From positions 330,398,001 to 330,462,000 of the forward strand of contig OZ024743.1 in NCBI GenBank assembly GCA_964016885.1: 64,000 nucleotides of DNA, given 5' to 3'. The stretch comes from Eledone cirrhosa (lineage: Eukaryota). The notes under the pieces were generated by a model, which worked only from the letters and a program-made list of their open reading frames with translations, was not told the DNA's origin and did no database searches. Shown piece by piece: positions 61,201-64,000 of this stretch. How positions within the stretch are numbered: the stretch's first letter is position 1; each line of letters begins with the position of its first letter. The position numbers were made by a program, and so were the translations under genes.

Positions 61201-64000
61201 TATGAGAGAGAGTGTGTATGAGAGTGTGTATGAGAGAGTGTGTATGAGAGACTGTGTATGTGAGAGAGTGACTATGAGAGAGTGTGTATGAGAAAGTGTG
61301 TATGAGAGAGAGTGAGTATGAGAGAGTGTGTATGAGAGAGAGTGTGTATGAGAGAGAGTGTGTATGAGAGAGAGTGTCTATGAGAGAGTGTGTATGAGAC
61401 AGTGTGCATGAGAGAGAGTGTGTATGAGAGTGTGTATGAGAGAGTGTGTATGAGAGAGAGTGTGTATGAGAGAGTGTGTATGAGAGCGAGTGTGTATGAG
61501 AGAGTATGTGTATGAGAGAGTGTGTATGAGAGAGAGTGTCTATGAGAAAGTGTGTATGAAAGAGAGTGTGTATGAGAGAGAGTGTGTATGAGAGTGTGTA
61601 TGAGAGAGTGTGTATGAGAGAGAGTGTGTATGAGAGAGTGTGTATGAGAGAGTGTATGAGAGAGAGTGTGTATGAGAGAGAGTATGTATGAGAGAGTGTG
61701 TATGAGAGAGTGTATGAGAGAGAGTGTATATGACAGAGAGTATGTATGAGAGTGTGTATGTGAGAGTGTGTATGAGAGAGTGTGTATGAGAGTGAGTGTG
61801 TATGAGATAGTGAGTGTGTATTAGATAGTGTATAAGAGAGTGTGTATTAGAGAGTGTGTATGAGAGAGTGTATGAGAGAGAGTGTGTATGAGAGAGTGTG
61901 TATGAGAGAGTGTTCATAAGAGAGTGTGTATGAGAGGGAGTGTATGAGAGTGTGTATGAGAGAGAGTGGTATGAGAGAGTGTGTATGAGAGTGAGTGTGT
62001 ATGAGATAGTGAGTGTGTATTAGATAGTGTATGAGAGAGTGTGTATGAGAGAGTGTGTATGAGTGAGTGTGTATGAGAGAGTATGTATGAGAGAGAGTGT
62101 GTATGAGAGAGTGTATGAGAGAGTGTATGAGAGTGTGTATGAGAGAGTGTGTATGAGAGAGAGAGTGTATGAGAGAGTGTGTATGAGAGAGAGTGTGTAT
62201 GAGAGAGTGTGTATGAGAGAGAGTGTATGAGAGTGTGTATGAGAGTGTGTATGAGAGAGTGTGTATGAGAGAGAGAGTGTGTATGAGAGAGTGTGTATGA
62301 GAGAGTGTGTATGAGAGTGAGTGTGTTTGAGAGTATGTATGAGAGAGTGTGTATGAGAGAGTGTGTATGAGTGAGAGTGTGTATGAGAGAATGTGTATGA
62401 GAGACAGTGTGTATGAGAGTATGTATGAGAGAGTGTATGAGAGAGAGTGTGTATGAGAGAGAGTATGTATGAGAGAGTGTGTATGAGAGACTGTATGAGA
62501 GAGAGTGTGTATTACAGAGAGTGTGTATGAGAGAGTGTTTATGAGAGTGAGTGTGTATGAGAGTGTGTATGAGAGAGTGTGTATGAGAGAGTGTGTATGA
62601 GATTGAGTGTGTATGAGATAGTGTATGAGAGAGTGTGTATGAGAGAGTGTATGAGAGAGTGTATGAGAGAGTGTGTGTATGAGAGAGCGTGTGTATGAGA
62701 GAGTGTGTATGAGAGAGTGTGTATGAGAGAGTGTGTATAAGGGAGTGTGTATGAGAAGGAGTGTATGAGAGTGTGTATGAGAGAGAGTGTGTATGAGAGA
62801 GTGTGTATGAGAGAGTGTGTATGAGAGAGTGTGTATGAGAGAGAGTGTGTATGAGAGAGTGTGTATGAGAGAGAGAGTGTATGAGAGAGAGTGTGTATGA
62901 GAGAGAGCGTGTATGAGAGAGTGTGTATGAGAGAGAGTGTTTGAGAGAGAGTGTGTATGAGAGAGTGTGTATGAGAGTGTGTATGAGAGAGAGTGTATGA
63001 GAGTGTGTATGAGAGAGAGAGTGTGTATGAGAGTGTGTATGAGAGAGTGTGTATGAGAGAGAGTGTGTATGAGAGAGTGTGTATGAGAGAGAGCGTGTAT
63101 GAGAGAGTGTGTATGAGATAGAGTGTATGAGAGAGAGTTTTTATGAGAGAGTGTGTATGAGAGTGTGTATGAGAGAGAGTGTATGAGAGTGTGTATGAGA
63201 GAGAGTGTGTATGAGAGAGAGAGTGTGTATGAGAGTGTGTATGAGAGAGTGTGTATGAGAGAGAGTGTATGAGAGTGTGTATGAGAGAGTGTGTGTATCA
63301 GAGTGTGTGTATGAGAGAGTGTGTATGAGAGAGTGTATGAGAGAGTGTGTATGAGAGAGAGTGTATGAGAGTGTGTATGAGAGAGTGTGTATGAGAGAGA
63401 GTGTGTATGAGAGAGTGTGTATGTGAGAGAGTGTGTATGAGAGAGAGTGTGTATGAGAGAGAGTGTGTATGAGAGAGTGTGTGTATGAGAGAGTGTGTAT
63501 GAGAGAGTGTGTATGAGAGAGTGTGTATGAGAGAGAGTGTGTATGAGAGAGAGTGTGTATGAGAGAGAGTGTGTATGAGAGAGTGTGTGTATGAGAGAGT
63601 GTGTATGAGAGAGTGTGTATGAGAGAGTGTGTATGAGAGTGAGTGTGTATGAGAGAGTGTGTATGAGAGAGTGTGTATATGAGAGAGTGTGTATGAGAGA
63701 GAGTGTGTATGAGAGAGTGTGTATGAGAGAGAGTGTGTATGAGAGAGAGTGTGTATGAGAGAGAGTGTGTATGAGAGAGTGTGTATGAGAGAGAGTGTGT
63801 ATGAGAGAGAGTGTGTATGAGAGAATGTGTGTATGAGAGAGTGTGTATGAGAGAGTGTGTATGAGAGAGTGTGTATGAGAGAGAGTGTGTATGAGAGAGT
63901 GTGTATGAGAGAGTGTGTATGAGAGAGTGTGTGTATGAGAGAGTGTGTATGAGAGAGTGTGTATGAGAGAGTGTGTATGAGAGAGAGTGTGTATGAGAGA
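58300..64000. repeat. ~2.8-2.9 kb higher-order tandem duplication within the satellite; boundaries approximate
   Basis: Identical 125-aa translations at 58651 and 61540 (+2889); shared rare variants GTGGTAT (GG at 59079/61968) and GTTTTTAT (~60320/63137). Confidence 0.85.

Larger units (their letters stand above)
9466..64000. repeat. Large satellite array, consensus monomer GAGAGAGTGTGTAT (14 bp; 12- and 16-bp variants common), roughly 3,900 monomers, runs off the window end
   Basis: Continuous (GA)2-5(GT)2-4AT units in one orientation; the + strand is nearly C-free; no insertions seen. Confidence 0.99.

Noticed and set aside
9230-61917. Very long ORFs (up to 2391 aa) of HTLSYTLSLI type and short MYERVCMRES ORFs
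   Set aside because: They are translations of the satellite. The minus strand (ATACACACTCTCTC) lacks stop codons by composition, all three frames give the same peptide, and there is no domain content.
9466-64000. CRISPR-like or telomeric array
   Set aside because: There are no unique spacers, and the monomer is not a TTAGGG/TTAGG-type repeat. kb-scale duplication of rare variants indicates recombinational amplification rather than telomerase synthesis.

Overview
Eukaryotic, gene-free repeat region; the microsatellite style is animal-like, but the species cannot be determined from the sequence. Bases 1-1.4 kb are AT-rich sequence with microsatellites and a purine-rich tract. Bases 1.39-9.06 kb hold a head-to-tail array of four minus-strand Tx1/L1-clade non-LTR retrotransposon copies from at least two, probably three, subfamilies. 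One copy is about 5.7 kb and apparently full length (ORF1 with a CCHC knuckle; ORF2 with APE endonuclease, RT and C-terminal Zn motif; each ORF is disrupted). The other three are 5'-truncated. Every copy ends 6-8 nt after AATAAA, has no poly(A) tail and is joined in the same register to a (TATC)n/(GATA)n repeat, which points to a (GATA)n-microsatellite-specific Tx1 lineage. The diverged 3' UTRs keep three hairpins, one with a compensatory base-pair change. From 9.47 kb to the window end is a >54 kb satellite with a 12/14/16-bp (GA)nGTGTGTAT monomer, organised into nested higher-order repeats of about 0.5 to 10.7 kb. All long ORFs within the satellite are artefacts. All alignments were done by eye.
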